Shown here in pieces: positions 12,401-25,245 of a stretch of 62,749 nucleotides of DNA. Both the position numbers and the translations under genes were made by a program. Every line of letters begins with the position of its first letter. Position 1 is the stretch's first letter. The DNA comes from Octopus bimaculoides (taxonomy: Eukaryota). The notes under the pieces are model-generated. The model saw only the letters and a list, made by a program, of their open reading frames with translations. It was not told the DNA's origin and did no database searches. The stretch lies in the NCBI RefSeq assembly GCF_001194135.2, contig NC_068990.1:35431170-35493918 (forward strand). Direction: 5' to 3'.

Positions 12401-13725
12401 GTTACATCCAGTACCACCCTTTCCAAACCAACACCGCTACACAATCATTACGATTATTACTCTTATAATTTTCCAACAATTTTCGTCTGTACTACGCTGC
12501 ATGGAGACGTCTAATAGCGTTTACATATCTTGCATCTGTATTGTCTTGTTTCTGTCTTTGTTTTATTATGAATGATTCTTTGTGTTTCGTAGGTTAGTTG
12601 TGTAATGTAGGCACACAGTGTGCTGACCTATTCTGATGCATGATGGCTTATTTTCATATCCTGCTTTTGGCAAAATAACAAATATATGATGTGTGAAATA
12701 TACATACATTATAGAGAGCGGTGTTGATTAAGACATCAACAGTGCTTTACTTAGGGTGTCTGTTGTGCCAAGAATGGGTATTTTTGGATTGATAGCCCTG
12801 GGTGTATTACTGGAAGTGAAATGATGACGTGTCTTTACAGAAAATAGAGAAATTATTGTTGAAATATAAAAATATAGAAGTAGAAGTTTAACGGACTGGA
12901 ATAGTAGATTAAAGATTAGAACTCTGTATGTTTTTAACGATTTTGGAAATTTATCAATATTTTACAGAGTAATACACAATACAATCCACACAACATACAT
13001 ATGGTTTTCTCCTCGCGTTTATCACCCATTTTGGGAGGATCTGGAAAGATGCACGGGCACAGTCGTCTATGCAATGACTTGGACATAAAATATATAAATT
13101 CATTTATATCTTTATATAAATACATGGAAGATACATTCATGTATGTTAGAATACATTCATTAATATGCTCCTGGATAGATACATAAATGCATACACACAT
13201 ATTTACATACATACACGCATGTTCACAAATGTACACACGCAGGAATAAAAATATTAGAAAAAATAAATTGGTTTATCTGTGACATCTATCGATATTTCAG
13301 TGGTTATGAATAATGCAACCGGTATGAATTCCATTCATGTCAAATTCTGAACTTGATGCTAATGCTGATATTGGAGAAATGTAACTCTTTCATGAATTAG
13401 ATGAAATATATCAATTCCAAAACATATCTAACACATCTTACACTATTGATGATTCAAAGAGAGGGGGAGGTAGATGCAAGGAGTGAAGAGAGGGGGGGGG
13501 AAAGCAAGAGAGGTGAGAGAAATAGGAGAAATAAGAGAGGAGGGAGATATAGGAAGAGGAGAACGAGCAGGAGAGAAGGAAGGAATATTAAAATGTATGT
13601 GCAAAGAAATATTTACCCATTATGACAAAACTTAAATCAAAATTATTCATTCTTTTCTAAATAAAACCACAGGCACCACCAATACAATCTCTCCCTGCTT
13701 CACTCTCGGTTTCTCTTCTTTTGTA

Positions 13726-13778
<53 letters not shown>

Positions 13779-14009
13779 NNNNNNNNNNNNNNNNNNNNNN
13801 NNNNNNNNNNNNNNNNNNNNNNNNNNNNNNNNNNNNNNNNNNNNNNNNNNNNNNNNNNNNNNNNNNNNNNNNNNNNNNNNNNNNNNNNNNNNNNNNNNNN
13901 NNNNNNNNNNNNNNNNNNNNNNNNNNNNNNNNNNNNNNNNNNNNNNNNNNNNNNNNNNNNNNNNNNNNNNNNNNNNNNNNNNNNNNNNNNNNNNNNNNNN
14001 NNNNNNNNN

Positions 14010-14050
<41 letters not shown>

Positions 14051-14099
14051 TGTACATATGTATATATATATTTATGTATGTGTGTGTGAGTGAGTGTGT

Positions 14100-15330
14100 A
14101 TAGAGTATAAGCAGCTGCATGTGGTTTGTCTTACACCGCTACAACGCTCACCAACCGGAATGTTTTCTTTGTAATAACTCAGCGTCCAGACATAAATGCG
14201 ACCAATATTTTGATACGTGTCAGTGTCGATTTGATCGACAAAGACTCTTCAAGACAGTACACTACCTCTGGAATATAGTGATAGATTTTTACCCAACACT
14301 CAGTGTCTTGAGAGTACTAGATGAGTTGGAAAATTTGCTTACAGCGACAGAAGGAAGAATGAAAAGAAGCGAAATATGAATGAAAAAACCAAAACACATA
14401 GCCAACGAAAAATGAAATGCGATGCCAATACGAATGGTTTTATTTAAAATTATGGACTTTATTACGTCGATACTATGGAAGAACCTACCCTTTGATCTAG
14501 TGGGATGACAGTCAATGATTTTACATAGATCTTCATCAGCCGGCAACCCATTAAGACACTCTACGCTGTCTAGCGCTGTATCGAAGTTGTCTACAGTGGA
14601 GTAGAGCTCTTTTCATTGTTCGGTATCGTTATTGATGGTCTCGCGTGCTACAGTTTTCAGAAATACTTAATTGCTCATAGTTGGGCAGGATGTCTTTTTG
14701 TTTTATCTCCATCTCATATTACTTTTCTTCAGTAGCGATTGAATAACTTTGCAAAGCTATCTGGGTGTTTTCTGTTTTGTTCTTAATGCTTACAGGGTTA
14801 ATTGGGTAGATATGCCTCAATGACAGTAGAGCAAGTGAACTTGAATTTACTTTAAACATATCTCATTTGTTGCTCTTTCCTTACCTGTACTTTGATTGGT
14901 GTCCTTGGGGGATTCGGAGTTAAACAGTGCGTCTCCACCTGATGAGTATGCAGGGAGGTTAACCTTGATTACTCTGAAGAACTCTGCAGGTCTGGCTGGC
15001 GCATCATGCTGGCATCAACGCGCTGATTACTAGGTTTTTCTATAGCAACTATTTTGACTGATATATCATTTTCCAGCAAATCAGAGTGATTTGTGTTATT
15101 GTGAGCATATTTCACGACTAACAACGTCTTCTGAGCAACATGCCTAGGTGGTACAAGTGTTTTGAGTGAGACATATAGAGCTTGAATCTATTTTAAATGT
15201 ACTCGTGGTACCCACTTCATGAAGTGTGCAGAGCTCAAACAGTCATCATCCGTTGGTTTATATGCTGTTAGTGCACACTATTCTAGTCAGCTTGGCCTGC
15301 AGTCGCCGCTGGAGCTCCTTCTGACGGCTA
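14100..15330 (-). mobile_element. Possible heavily decayed non-LTR retrotransposon fragment
   Basis: GC-richer than its flanks, with stop-interrupted protein-like text on the minus strand; no diagnostic motif intact. Confidence 0.15.
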
Positions 15331-15884
15331 AGCAGCACTAGCTGTCCTTTTTTTTTTTTCTTTTTGAAGCTCTGAGATATTTAGATACGGAAAAAATGAT
15401 AGTAAAATAATTCTCTGTGTGTGTTGATTTTAGTATTTCATTGTTAATCACAAATCACTTTCGCACTACGATGATTTGCTGGAAGTTATCTAATAATCCA
15501 GCAGTCATGGTCGATATCTACCAGCAACTTAACTTGCTTGCTTGCTTGTTTTCGTATTCTTTCCATGCTCAGCGCCATATTTATAATTTGCTACTTGTAT
15601 CCATGAGTCCCATGTAGTCAGTGACACATGGAAAGCGGATAGCTTGACAGAACCTAACTGTTTGGATTTTGACTAACTTGAGATGGAAGGTAGCTATCAT
15701 TTAAAAGACGGTGGCCCCTTCCAACATATAATGTTACCGTGAGGCAGAGCCCCATGTTAATTGACTGCTGTAGATATATATGTGTGTGTTTCTGTAGTTG
15801 GGAGTGGTTCTATATGTACGTAAGCGTGGTACAAATACATACACACACATACACACATGCGCACAACCATATACATTTTTATAC

Positions 15885-16215
15885 CTGTGGCTGTGTGACA
15901 TGAAGCTTGCTCCTCAAGTATCGTCTACTACAGCCTCGGTCGATCAGTCTTGTCAGTGAATTTGGAAGACGGAAACTAAAAGAAACATGTCGTATGTATA
16001 CATATACATGTGCGTGTGTGTTCGTAATTACACTGCACCACTGTTTGACAAAAGGTGTTGGAGTGATTATGTCATCGTAACTTAGGTGTTCGGCATAAAG
16101 ACTGATGGGATATGTACAAAGCATTAAAAATAAAATGGGATCGATTCGTTCGACTCAAATCCTTCAAGGCGATGCCTCAGCATCGCTAAGGTCTCATGAC
16201 TGAGGCAATTAAAAT
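15885..16215 (+). mobile_element. Older family A SINE with internally deleted head
   Basis: gtggctgtgtg...aagcttgct|cctcaagtatcgtctactacagcctcgg (B-box region missing) ... gacggaaactaaaagaa ... cgtaacttaggtgttcggca ... tcgattcgttcgact ... atgactgaggcaattaaaa. Confidence 0.85.
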
Positions 16216-16220
16216 ATAGA

Positions 16221-16625
16221 GGCGCAGGAAAGGCTGTGTGGTAAATAGCTTGCTTACAGATCACATGGATCAGGGTTCAGTTCCACTATGTGGCATCTTG
16301 AGCAAGTGTCGTCTACTATAGCCATGGGCCGACCAATTCCTTGTGAGTGGATTTGGTAGACGGAAGCTAAAGGAAGTTCGTCGTATATATGTATACATGT
16401 ATGTATGTGTGTATCTGTTTGTGTGTCTGTGTTTGTTCACCCAACATCGCTTGACAACAGATGTTGGTGTGTTTACGTCCCCGTAACTTAGCAGTTCGGT
16501 AAAAGAGACCGATAGAATAAGTACTAGGCTTACAAACAATAAGTAGTGATGTCGATTTTGCTCGACAACAGGCAGTGCATCAGCATAGCCGCAGTCAAAT
16601 GACTGAAACAAATGAAAGAAAAAGA
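16221..16625 (+). mobile_element. Full-length tRNA-type SINE, family A
   Basis: Head ggcgcagga..ggctgtgtggt with B-box gggttcagttcc, internal (TA/TG)n, 3' ...gatagaataagtactaggc...cagtcaaatgactgaaacaa and a purine tail; clearly similar to 36733-37148 (reverse complement). Confidence 0.92.
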
Positions 16626-17006
16626 AGCAAAAGAATACCTATATCTATATATACATAATGCATATATATATATANNNNNNNNNNNNNNNNNNNNNNNNNN
16701 NNNNNNNNNNNNNNNNNNNNNNNNNNNNNNNNNNNNNNNNNNNNNNNNNNNNNNNNNNNNNNNNNNNNNNNNNNNNNNNNNNNNNNNNNNNNNNNNNNNN
16801 NNNNNNNNNNNNNNNNNNNNNNNNNNNNNNNNNNNNNNNNNNNNNNNNNNNNNNNNNNNNNNNNNNNNNNNNNNNNNNNNNNNNNNNNNNNNNNNNNNNN
16901 NNNNNNNNNNNNNNNNNNNNNNNNNNNNNNNNNNNNNNNNNNNNNNNNNNNNNNNNNNNNNNNNNNNNNNNNNNNNNNNNNNNNNNNNNNNNNNNNNNNN
17001 NNNNNN

Positions 17007-17060
<54 letters not shown>

Positions 17061-17679
17061 ACATATATATATGTATGTGTGTTTGTACATACACCTGCAC
17101 GAACTTATTCCACGCTGCTACTTTGGAAAGTTACACTTAGATAACATTGAAACATAACGAAAAGACCTGATTTAATGTATAGATATATCAGGCCTACTGG
17201 GGAAACAGCGGAGAAATTCTATACAGACACAAAATTTCACAATATATGCGATTATTGCATCAATTCCATAAGTGGCTAAATGATTACAATATAGCATTTG
17301 CTCTGATTAAAATACCGCTAGGTGGAATTAGACAAAATTGCTGACGGGACTGCGTATCCAAATCTGTGACAATAATAAATTTTCTAATATCATTCATAGA
17401 GATAGGAATCATTAGAATTCTCCACGTAAATCCCAATAGTTCTGTTAACCCTGTTTGACTTCGGCAATTGATCATATTAATGATATTCTATTATAAAGTG
17501 ATTTATTAGCTTATATTCAACTATATATGCATAAGGAAGCATCAATTTCTACATATACACACATATTTGCATATGCATTCACGCAAACACGATTACAGGC
17601 ACAAACGCATATATATAATATATGTTTGTGTGTGTGTGTGCGGGTGTGTTTGTGTGTGTATGTTTGTGTGTGTATACAC

Positions 17680-17729
<50 letters not shown>

Positions 17730-19040
17730 NNNNNNNNNNNNNNNNNNNNNNNNNNNNNNNNNNNNNNNNNNNNNNNNNNNNNNNNNNNNNNNNNNNNNNN
17801 NNNNNNNNNNNNNNNNNNNNNNNNNNNNNNNNNNNNNNNNNNNNNNNNNNNNNNNNNNNNNNNNNNNNNNNNNNNNNNNNNNNNNNNNNNNNNNNNNNNN
17901 NNNNNNNNNNNNNNNNNNNNNNNNNNNNNNNNNNNNNNNNNNNNNNNNNNNNNNNNNNNNNNNNNNNNNNNNNNNNNNNNNNNNNNNNNNNNNNNNNNNN
18001 NNNNNNNNNNNNNNNNNNNNNNNNNNNNNNNNNNNNNNNNNNNNNNNNNNNNNNNNNNNNNNNNNNNNNNNNNNNNNNNNNNNNNNNNNNNNNNNNNNNN
18101 NNNNNNNNNNNNNNNNNNNNNNNNNNNNNNNNNNNNTATATATATATATTTAATTATATGTATTTTGTTTGCCACGTTCATTTCGATCTTAAAACTTCAA
18201 GGAATTCAACATTTAGTTGCGTTTAGTAAAACAAATAGCTGCAACATGCTAGATGGACTAGATTGTCGTCTCCCAATCCAAGTTATTTTGTGATATATGA
18301 CCAAATTAATGACCAAATGTTAACATTAGAGTGAACCCGTTTTAACTTTTCGTATTTGAAATATGATTTTGCAAACAACGCAATAAGTTTTCTTATATTA
18401 GAACTTAAGCAGGAGAATACTTGACGCTACCAAACGAACCAACCACAATACATCAATAGTCTATGTCTGAACGTCATGCTGAACGAAGTTACACACAACT
18501 CAGCAATCTTTGCAATATTAACATAAAACGATGATTCCCCAACTTCAGAAACATTTCCTGCGACTCGATGATAAAACTAAAATTAATTTCCACAAAGTTT
18601 CTAAAATTTCGTTGACTTAATAATAAATGATATATAGAGGAGAATGTACATTACATTCTAGTTACATAATACTTAATATAAGAACTAATATAATTCGATT
18701 ATTTCCTAATATATAATTATTTATTCGAAGTAAATTTCCATCCAAATTTCTGGATATAAGTAACAATAATTCTCACGGATCGATAAAGTAAATAGCATAT
18801 ATTTTGTATAATTACATTTAATTAAGTACAACATTTATCTTTCTTATTACACTTTAGTTATACAAAATAGGTTTAATAACTGTACACCAACCACAGTTTA
18901 GAAGTGCTATATCACGCAGTATTTATACACATGCGCATACATACGTACGTACCACCATCCCTACATCCCTGCCTACCTACCTACCTACCTACCTACCTAC
19001 CTACCTACCTACCTACCTATTTACCAAGATGCTTACATAC

Positions 19041-19390
<350 letters not shown>

Positions 19391-20194
19391 TAAACACACC
19401 TCTACATAGATGCGTTCAGATACATATATGCATATGTTTGTATGTGTGTTTATGCTTGAGCGCATACGTAGAATTCATGAACTCAAATTAGTGGTAGAGC
19501 CATGTCGGCAAACTCTCGTTTGTTACGTAATAGTCGTTGAATTGACAGTGTCGTCTCAGTGCCAATTCACAAACTGTCTTGTATTACTTCCAGCTCTATA
19601 CATACTGAGATCAAATCTTACCGAAGACAGTCTTGTCCTTTTTATTACAGTTTTGATTTTAAAATGATTTGATATAATGTAATTAAATGGATATGTTTTG
19701 ATATTATTTTTGACAAAATAACTTTCCGTATTTTCCCGACCCTAGGACTGAGGTAGGTGTGAAGAGTTTCGATGTATTTATCAAAGTAAACGTCATGTTG
19801 TTAAGCAAAAATTAGTCGCAGAAAAGGGGAATTCATTTTCGTAAACTTCATTGAAAATTGCATGAAAAGCATTGTGCTCGCCAGAAAGTATTACAGTTCG
19901 TTGAGTTTACAGTGAAGTATGACAAAATGAAACAGGGTTATGTTTGTCATCGTACTTTTAAATTTACATATACACGTTCGAATCTATAAACTCTGGAAGG
20001 TGCCAGTCATGGATTTTTAGCGTAAATTCAGATCCTGTTTTATATTATTTGATGTGTCTTAGTAATTCGTTGCTTCCAATGGTATGTGAATATAAATATA
20101 TTTTATTATATACGTGCGATTAGGGTGAGAAGAGATGCGGACACTCTTTGCTTTTGAAAGTGAGATACATATCTCATAATATTTGGTGAAGTAA

Positions 20195-20410
20195 AGGTGG
20201 TGATTTGGCAGAATCGTTAGCACGCGGCGTAAAATTCTTAGCGGCGTTTTGTTCGTCTTTACGCTGTGAGTTCCAATTTCGCCGATAGGACTTTTTCTTT
20301 ATCATTCCTTTGTCGATAAAACAAGTACCAATTGAAAGCTGGGGTTGCTGCAATCGCAACCTACCCCTTCTACAAAATTGCTGGCTTTGTGCAAAAGCTT
20401 GAAACCAATA
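20195..20410 (+). mobile_element. Degenerate family B SINE
   Basis: ggtggtgatttggcagaatcgttagcacgc...cttagcggcgttt...gagttccaatttcgccg...gtcgataaaacaagtacca...ctgggg...aaaattgctggctttgtgc. Confidence 0.85.
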
Positions 20411-21984
20411 TTTCGTGGGGTATTTCGACATTTTATTAATCTATAACCGCAATTAGTTTAGTTCAAGCCGAATACTTTAAGCGTGTTATGTAAATGCTTT
20501 TTTATATTCTGTGTAAAATGTTAAATATAATTTCTATATTTTGTAAATCGCTTATTAATGTATCCGTAAGTGCAAAAAGCTATTTTTTAACATAGAATTT
20601 AGCCACAAGTTAGTCCTGATCCTTCAGATCATTGATCAGAGTCTTTCTATTGCCTTATTCTATTGCTTTGTTTCCGTGATACTGCTGTCGTGAAGACAAG
20701 TATAATGAATATTTTAAGAAGGAATGTAACGGATATACTATTATACCTATGTAGATATTTGCTATCTGCTTTCCTTCATAGGTATTTCTATGAATTTTAG
20801 ATGTATATTAATGTGTTATTTTTGTTCCCCTTTATTTATCACTAGATAGGGATTTATCAAATCTGCTAACTCATCGTATGTGCAACTTTTGAAAAGGTGA
20901 GTTATTTTAGAAATTGTCTTCGGGTGTCGGTCAAAATGAAGATATCGTTTAACTGACTTTAAATTGTGGGTGTGTAATATATAGGCTTGCTCTCATTGAT
21001 CTATGCTGGGTGTGTAGAACGCCAATGTTAGTCTGAATCGAGAACTTATTGCTATTCCCTTTCACCCGTAATCGGTACCCTGTTCACAACAAAAAGGAAC
21101 TTCTGACAGGCAAGAATATTGGTCTTGAAGACTACTTGTATAGTTGGCTGTATACATTGGAACATTATTGAGTAGTAATATCCTGTATGTTATTTACGTC
21201 AAATGAGCATTAATGCAATGAGGGTTTAGGCAAACTAATTAAAACTGAAATAAAGGTATATTGTATATATATGCACCTGCAAAAATGTATACCTCATGTC
21301 TGTGAAAATGTGTGCCTGCATACACATACACAGCTACAGACATATATTTTATATACATCCATATACATATACTTATACTGAGATTACTAGAATCATTAGT
21401 ATCAAACAATATATTTTGCGGTAACTTGTCATGGATTTCCATTCTGATTGCAAATCCTATTGAACCAATATTATTTCTCATCCGAATGGGTTCAATAATG
21501 GAAAGTACCAACCATGTACTGGAATCCTTTTAAACAACTAGTCCCCCGCCTTCCAAATGTCAGATTATGTGATATATTAGAAAAGAAAATTATTGATTAA
21601 AAAAGAATTCTGATATTGATTTTATCTTCGTTCGTTTACGTAATTTTAATTAAAAGATTATCAGCCTTTGACACGTAGCTGTCAATTTATATGTCCTCTC
21701 TATCAATTCTTCTAATTCCTTATTTTATTGAAATCTTTTCTTCGTTTCTTCCATTGTTATTCAAACCATTTATATGCCTACCTTCCCTTTTTCTTTCAGC
21801 ATTTCTCAGTTACTTCCCTGTTTGAGTCTTTTCCCTCATCTTCCAGCATGAATTTATACTATCTACATCAAACTCTATGCATATGCCTTCATCCGTACTC
21901 GCATACATACAAATGTACAGTGAGAAAAGAGTTTTGTACCTGTGGAATCTGTCAGCCTTTTTGTTTCTTTGGTCCGACGTTGTC

Positions 21985-22245
21985 AAAAATGGATGAAAGG
22001 ACCTTCCCAAGCCATAAGCACATAAGACCGGTTTCCCCGATACTGTGACATGTATAATCCATTCATTGGCTGTGAGGTCGGTCCGTCAATGGATTACTCT
22101 TGTTTTCCGGCTGAGTAGACTGGAGCAACATGAAATTAATACATTTTTTTTATTTTGCTCAAATGAACATCGCATCATCTAGTCAAGAGATCAAAACCAC
22201 AGTCTTACGATCATGAGTGTGACACACTTACTACTAAGTCACACG
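21985..22245 (-). mobile_element. Old tRNA-type SINE (family D; C-like head, different body)
   Basis: Reverse complement reads gtggaagcgtgtgacttagtagtaagtgtg...gtggttttgatctc...atttcatgttgctccagtctactcagccgg...gtaatccattgacggaccg...ggaaaccggtcttatg. Confidence 0.7.
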
Positions 22246-22249
22246 CTTC

Positions 22250-22580
22250 CACGTCCTCCGATATCTACTCAACTCGAAATATAGCAGACAAGTTCTCTGA
22301 ACAGCTCTCAAAGAACCTTTAAGAATTCTTAACACAGAAATATCTGCTGCAGCAGCAGCAGCTTAGCGTCTTCAACGCCAGTTCTCTTGGCTATGCTGGT
22401 TTGGGTAGCATTGAATAGGCTAGACAGTGTAAGAAAGACGGGGAAGACATTGGTTCACCATTGCATACTCCATGGACTGTGTGCCGTAATTACTTACATA
22501 ATAAAATTAAACCAGAAATGACTTGTAGACAACTTCACTCTAAACACTTACACGGCTCAATTTCATACTCTGAAGTCTGG
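22250..22580 (+). mobile_element. 3' part of the unclassified ORF1-like element, copy 2
   Basis: aataaaattaaaccagaaatgact...cactctaaacacttacacggctc...gaagtctgg aligns to aataaaatcaagcaaatgatt...cactctaaac[...]acacttacacaacgactc...gaaatctgg at 12192-12349. Confidence 0.5.
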
Positions 22581-23179
22581 TTACTCAGAATTGTACAGTC
22601 ATTCTCTGCTGTGGTGAAATTCGACCGTATACACGCTAATGCGCACTGTCAGTGAAGTAGAGTGTGGTGTATGCAGGCTGTTGGTGAAGACAGTCGGAGA
22701 AGTTGTTGAGAAGAGATACTGTTTGTTACGTGTTGTTTCTGATTTATATTTGTATTGTTATAACCTTGTGATAAGTCCACGTTAGAAACTAGCATATACA
22801 ATGAGTTCAAAGAAGGACATAACAGTGTCGTCGAGACACAACTGTGGCGACGAGATATTCCAAGCTCATGGTAGACGTTCATAGCGCGGAAGACCTATTG
22901 GCTTCCGTGGTTCAGTTGTAACGGCAACTACAACAACAACCATAACAACAGCTTCAGAAGAAGAGATAACAGTTTCTGCATAGTTCAGAAGGATGAAGAA
23001 GTCTTCAGGGAAGTGTGTAAAAGCTGGTGGAACGAAACGAAAGTACATCGTCTTTTAAGGAAATTATGACCAGCAGAACATGAAAAGTTTTGTAATCATT
23101 CAACCACGGCAGTCTTCATTCGAGTACAAAAGAACAAAACACAGTGACAGCGAATTACCCTGTTTAATGACTAAACCAA

Positions 23180-23465
23180 CTAAGAGTTCGATTCCTTGAC
23201 CGGGCTCTGTATTGTGTTCTTCAGTAAGACATTTTATTTCATGTTGCATCAGTTCACTCAGCTACAGAATTGAGTTCTGACGTCACTAGTGTCAAGCTGT
23301 GCAGGCTTTTGGCCATGCCTTTCCCTTGGATAGCATCGGTGGCGTGGGGAGTGGAGGCTGTTGTGTATGGGCGTCTGCTGGTCTACCTAAAAGAACTTTG
23401 CCCGGACTTGTGCCTCGGAGGGTATCTCACTAGACGCAAACTCTTGGTCATTCATGACCGACGGA
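23180..23465 (+). mobile_element. Old tRNA-type SINE (family E; C-like head, third body type)
   Basis: B-box gagttcgattcc, then gtgttcttcagtaagacattttatttcatgttgcatcagttcactcagct (shared with the 9835 and 21985 copies), ending ggtcattcatgaccgacggaagtttttaccc before (TA)n. Confidence 0.7.
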
Positions 23466-23480
23466 AGTTTTTACCCTATA

Positions 23481-23511
<31 letters not shown>

Positions 23512-24319
23512 GTTTGTGGGCGTGTGTGCGTGATATACATTCATTCATAATATTACGTACTTATCAATAAGTGCACTTAGACTAGCTTCATTTGTACCTT
23601 TAGATGACGTATATATAATCCTTCATATACAGTTCTTGCATGGATTGTCGCAACGTAATATAAAAAGTACACAATACATTTTATTGTCGCTAGTATGTAA
23701 GTACATTTATAAGTGAAATACGTACGTGGTGAATAAATGCATTTCTGCATATATATATATATTTGTAGATAGATATACATATATAGAGACATACACACAA
23801 TGAAACACACATATAATCATGATTGCATGTGTGTGTAGGTGTTTGTGAATTCTGTTTATGAATGTGTATTTAGAAACCCAGCTCTATGTTCTTTTCTAAC
23901 TCACCGCTTTCTTTCATTCTTAATCAATACGAATATCTACCTGTAATTTACCGAGTACGAAACAACAGATATATATAGGCCACTGAGTGCAGAATTAATG
24001 TAGTTTATTTATTTTTGTTTAAAATCAGTAGTTACCCTGCGTTGCTTCCATTAACTATATTTCACATGTGGTGCCATTTGAAAAATTACCATTACGTATT
24101 GATTTTATTATAATCCAAAAAAGCTATCCTGGATGTATTGCAACTTCATTCGTTATCGTTTCTTTTTTAAAACAGTAAAATGCATACAAATACTCGTCTG
24201 TACATATGTGTTTGTGTGCTTGTGCGTGTAGATATATATACATAGAGTGAGAGAGATCGATAATAGATAGATAGATAGATAGATACACACATTAATTTTA
24301 AATCTTGCCGCATGCCGTG

Positions 24320-24507
24320 TAATCCCGGGGAAGGCGGTTAGTCGATTACATCAATCACTGTATTCAACTGGTTCTTATTTTATCAACCACGGAAGGATGA
24401 ACGGTGAAGTCGACATTGGTAGAATTGGAACTCGGAAAGTAAACACGGACGAAATGCAGCAAAGCGCTTGGCCCGGCGTGCTAACGGTTCTGCCTCTCAC
24501 CGCTTTT
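24320..24507 (-). mobile_element. Degenerate family B SINE
   Basis: Reverse complement: gcggtgagaggcagaaccgttagcacgccggg...gagttccaattct...gtcgacttcaccgttcatccttcc. Confidence 0.85.
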
Positions 24508-24582
24508 ATATAATTTTATATAATTCAGCAAGCTACTTCAGTGACGATTGAACTCACAATCACAACTACGCAAAAGTTCTAC

Positions 24583-25245
24583 TACAAGATCTGATCAATA
24601 AGTATCCGGACTGTTACTATAGTAACGAAGCAAAAGCACGCAGAGTAAAGCCTCTTGGCACAGATTGGCTTTGGCCCCTGCTGTACATGCGCACAAAGAT
24701 TTATCATTCTAACTCACTTCTGCTGTCTGAAGCCGTGCTTGGAATGAAGGTATGTAACGTGTGATCGTCGCATTGACCATGGCAGAGAAAGTTGTCATGG
24801 GGATACCTGCCCAGAGGTCTTCGCAATGCTGCAGAAAGTGTATGGAGAGGAGTGTATGAGCCACACAGAAGTGTACGAGAGTTTCAGACGCTTTCCCTAA
24901 TGGCCGAAAAATGTTGACATTGACGAAAGCTCTGGAAGACGCGCAACAAGCAGAATTGAGAATAACATTGCAGGTATGCGTGCAGCTGTCACGTAGAAAT
25001 CGTCTAATCACATTCCGTGTGTTAGAGGATGTGCAAATCAATTACGGTTCAGTTCAGTCCATTATCACTGATAATTTGGGTATGAGACCCGTGTTTGTTA
25101 AGTTGGTGCCAAAACTGCTTTGAGCTGACCAAAACGATACTCGGGTTTCCGTTATACAAGATCTCCCTGATTATGTCGAGAACGATGAAAACTTTCTGAA
25201 CACGTCTCTTTGCTTCACAATGTATATATAAATCGCCGGAAACAC
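24583..25245 (+). mobile_element. Mariner (Tc1/mariner) 5' fragment: TA target, left TIR and N-terminal transposase pseudogene
   Basis: TA at 24583-24584 followed by caagatctgatcaataagtatccggact (mariner-type TIR). Translation MLQKVYGEECMSHTEVYESFRRF...RLITFRVLEDVQINYGSVQSIITDNLGMRPVFVKLVPKLL*ADQ...ENDENFLNT (HTH region and the WVP(R/K)LL-type linker). Homology fades at the first catalytic motif; no right TIR seen. Confidence 0.9.
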
